Sequence record: NZ_CP019209.1
Direction: 5' to 3' (one strand)
From: a plasmid
DNA: 64,000 nucleotides
The first letter of the stretch is position 1. Every line of letters starts with the position of its first letter. The notes under the pieces are model-generated. The model saw only the letters and a program-made list of their open reading frames with translations, made no database searches and was not told the DNA's origin. Position numbers and translations under genes: made by a program. Positions 62,831 to 64,000 of this stretch are shown in pieces.

Positions 62831-63053
62831 TTGGCAAAAAACCAAATATCTAATAAAAATATGCTTAAATAAAATTAGTTTTTATAATAAGATATTAATA
62901 TTTTTCAGAAAAAATTTAAGTTGATTTTTTAATTCTAAATGAAAGAAACTAATTTCGTTATCGTGATACTTCATCTACGCCGATAGCGCAAAAATGCTAA
63001 ATTTAAAAATAGTCTTTTCATACTTAACTACAGTTAGAAACATATAGGTAGTT

Positions 63054-64000
63054 CTAATCATTTTTTTCGCTTTTTAGCTTGGCATTATCATCTAATTTAA
63101 AGAATGGATAGTATATCAAAACATTTATTGCAATTGTTATTACTTGAATCACTGCACCACTTATTCGTCCACCAGAAGCTAAAAATCCGGCAATTATCGG
63201 TGGAGTTGTCCATGGGATTGTTGCTCCTACAGGTTTTGCAACTAATCCCATACTCATTGAAAAATAAGTAATTAATGTTGTTACTACTGGTGCAGTTACA
63301 AATGGAATTAACATTTTTATATTTAATATAGTTGGAAACCCAAATAGAAGGGGCTCTGCTACTTGAAAACTTACTGGAGCGATTGATAACTTACCTAAAG
63401 TTTTATTTTCCTGACTCTTTGAAAAGAAAAATGTTAAAATGGCAAGTGCAAATAAACAACCTGCACCACCAGAAAAAACAAAGTTATATAAGAATTCATA
63501 AGTTATAATGTTAGGAAGTTCTTTTCCAGCTTGATAAGCAATTCTATTTGCATCAGAGTTTTGCAATAATAACGGTTCAATTATTGGCCCCGTTACCTGT
63601 GCACCATGAATACCAAACATCCAAAAGAAACATTGAATAAGTATAACCAATATAATTCCTGGTAAAGTTTTCGTCAGTAAAGATAGTGGTTTTGCGAGTG
63701 TATCTGCAATAAGAGCATGAACATTTTCAATTCCAAGTTTATAACAAATTACAACAACAATAAACCATAGTAGAACGACAAAAAAGCCAGGAATAATAGC
63801 AACGAAAGCTCGGCTTACATTTGGTGGAACGCTTGCCGGCATTTTAATTGTAATATTTTTAAGTACAAACCACCGGAAAATTTCTGTAGATACAAGTGCT
63901 ACAATAATACCAACAAAAAGACCCGAGGTACCAAAGTATTTTGTTGGAAATCCTATAGAACCATCTGCATCCAATAAAGGTGTAAGTAAAACATATCCAC
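63054..64000 (-). CDS. PTS lactose/cellobiose-family EIIC component, 5' end beyond window
   Basis: Multi-TM translation typical of CelB/LicC-type IIC; ORF open to window end. Confidence 0.75.
   Translation of the reverse strand, partial: GYVLLTPLLDADGSIGFPTKYFGTSGLFVGIIVALVSTEIFRWFVLKNITIKMPASVPPNVSRAFVAIIPGFFVVLLWFIVVVICYKLGIENVHALIADTLAKPLSLLTKTLPGIILVILIQCFFWMFGIHGAQVTGPIIEPLLLQNSDANRIAYQAGKELPNIITYEFLYNFVFSGGAGCLFALAILTFFFSKSQENKTLGKLSIAPVSFQVAEPLLFGFPTILNIKMLIPFVTAPVVTTLITYFSMSMGLVAKPVGATIPWTTPPIIAGFLASGGRISGAVIQVITIAINVLIYYPFFKLDDNAKLKSEKND

Overview
This is a low-GC Firmicute (Lactobacillales-type) accessory or plasmid-like region. It best fits an Enterococcus-like megaplasmid or genomic island, but that is inference from the IS complement (IS1216, IS256, ISEfm1-like IS982) together with ParA and toxin-antitoxin modules. 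The window is a mosaic of at least 15 insertion sequence copies or remnants from seven families. Between them sit carbohydrate-utilisation cargo, plasmid-maintenance genes and recombinases.

Insertion sequences:
- IS3 family: three copies. One is disrupted; the other two are near-identical, one with a nonsense codon in orfB.
- IS6 family: four copies. These comprise an ISS1-like copy, an IS1216 copy, an ISS1/IS1216 hybrid with a premature stop, and an internally deleted MITE-like derivative.
- IS256 family: four elements. IS256 itself directly abuts a second IS256-family element, and there are two further copies, one decayed.
- Others: one IS30 family element, two inverted ISEfm1-like IS982 copies, one IS4 family element (nonsense codon), and one ISL3 fragment fused to an IS3-like remnant.

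Carbohydrate cargo:
- The 3' end of a sucrose/FOS-type ABC permease with GH32 sucrose-6-P hydrolase and ROK fructokinase.
- An RpiR regulator plus a tagatose/fructose-type PTS operon (pfkB, EIIBC, EIIA, lacD).
- Two paralogous raffinose/melibiose-type ABC loci. Locus A has a LacI regulator, a solute-binding protein and one permease each carrying a nonsense codon, an intact permease and a GH4 alpha-galactosidase. Locus B has a solute-binding protein, two permeases, a GH36 alpha-galactosidase, a 5'-truncated GH13 dexB and sucrose phosphorylase gtfA.
- A ManNAc-type module (nanE, PTS EIICB, EIIA, RpiR) and a truncated lactose/cellobiose-family PTS EIIC at the window edge.

Maintenance and recombination functions:
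- A parA and parB-like partition operon with operator inverted repeats.
- An AbrB/MazE-type antitoxin whose RelE/ParE toxin is frameshifted in a poly-A run.
- A MazE-type antitoxin with a Doc toxin.
- Two paralogous ~200-aa tyrosine recombinases, each next to uncharacterised cargo.
- A decayed DUF3173 plus integrase remnant.
- A XerS-like recombinase with an 11-6-11 palindromic site just upstream.

Other points:
- The most intriguing unexplained unit is a very AT-rich, translationally coupled two-gene operon (16892..17919) with its own strong promoter, immediately downstream of one small recombinase. It has no recognisable domains.
- Pseudogenisation is widespread, mostly by single nonsense or frameshift lesions.
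- There is a 3x tandem 163-bp duplication of the 5' end of a solute-binding-protein gene.
- I saw no rRNA, tRNA or CRISPR arrays.
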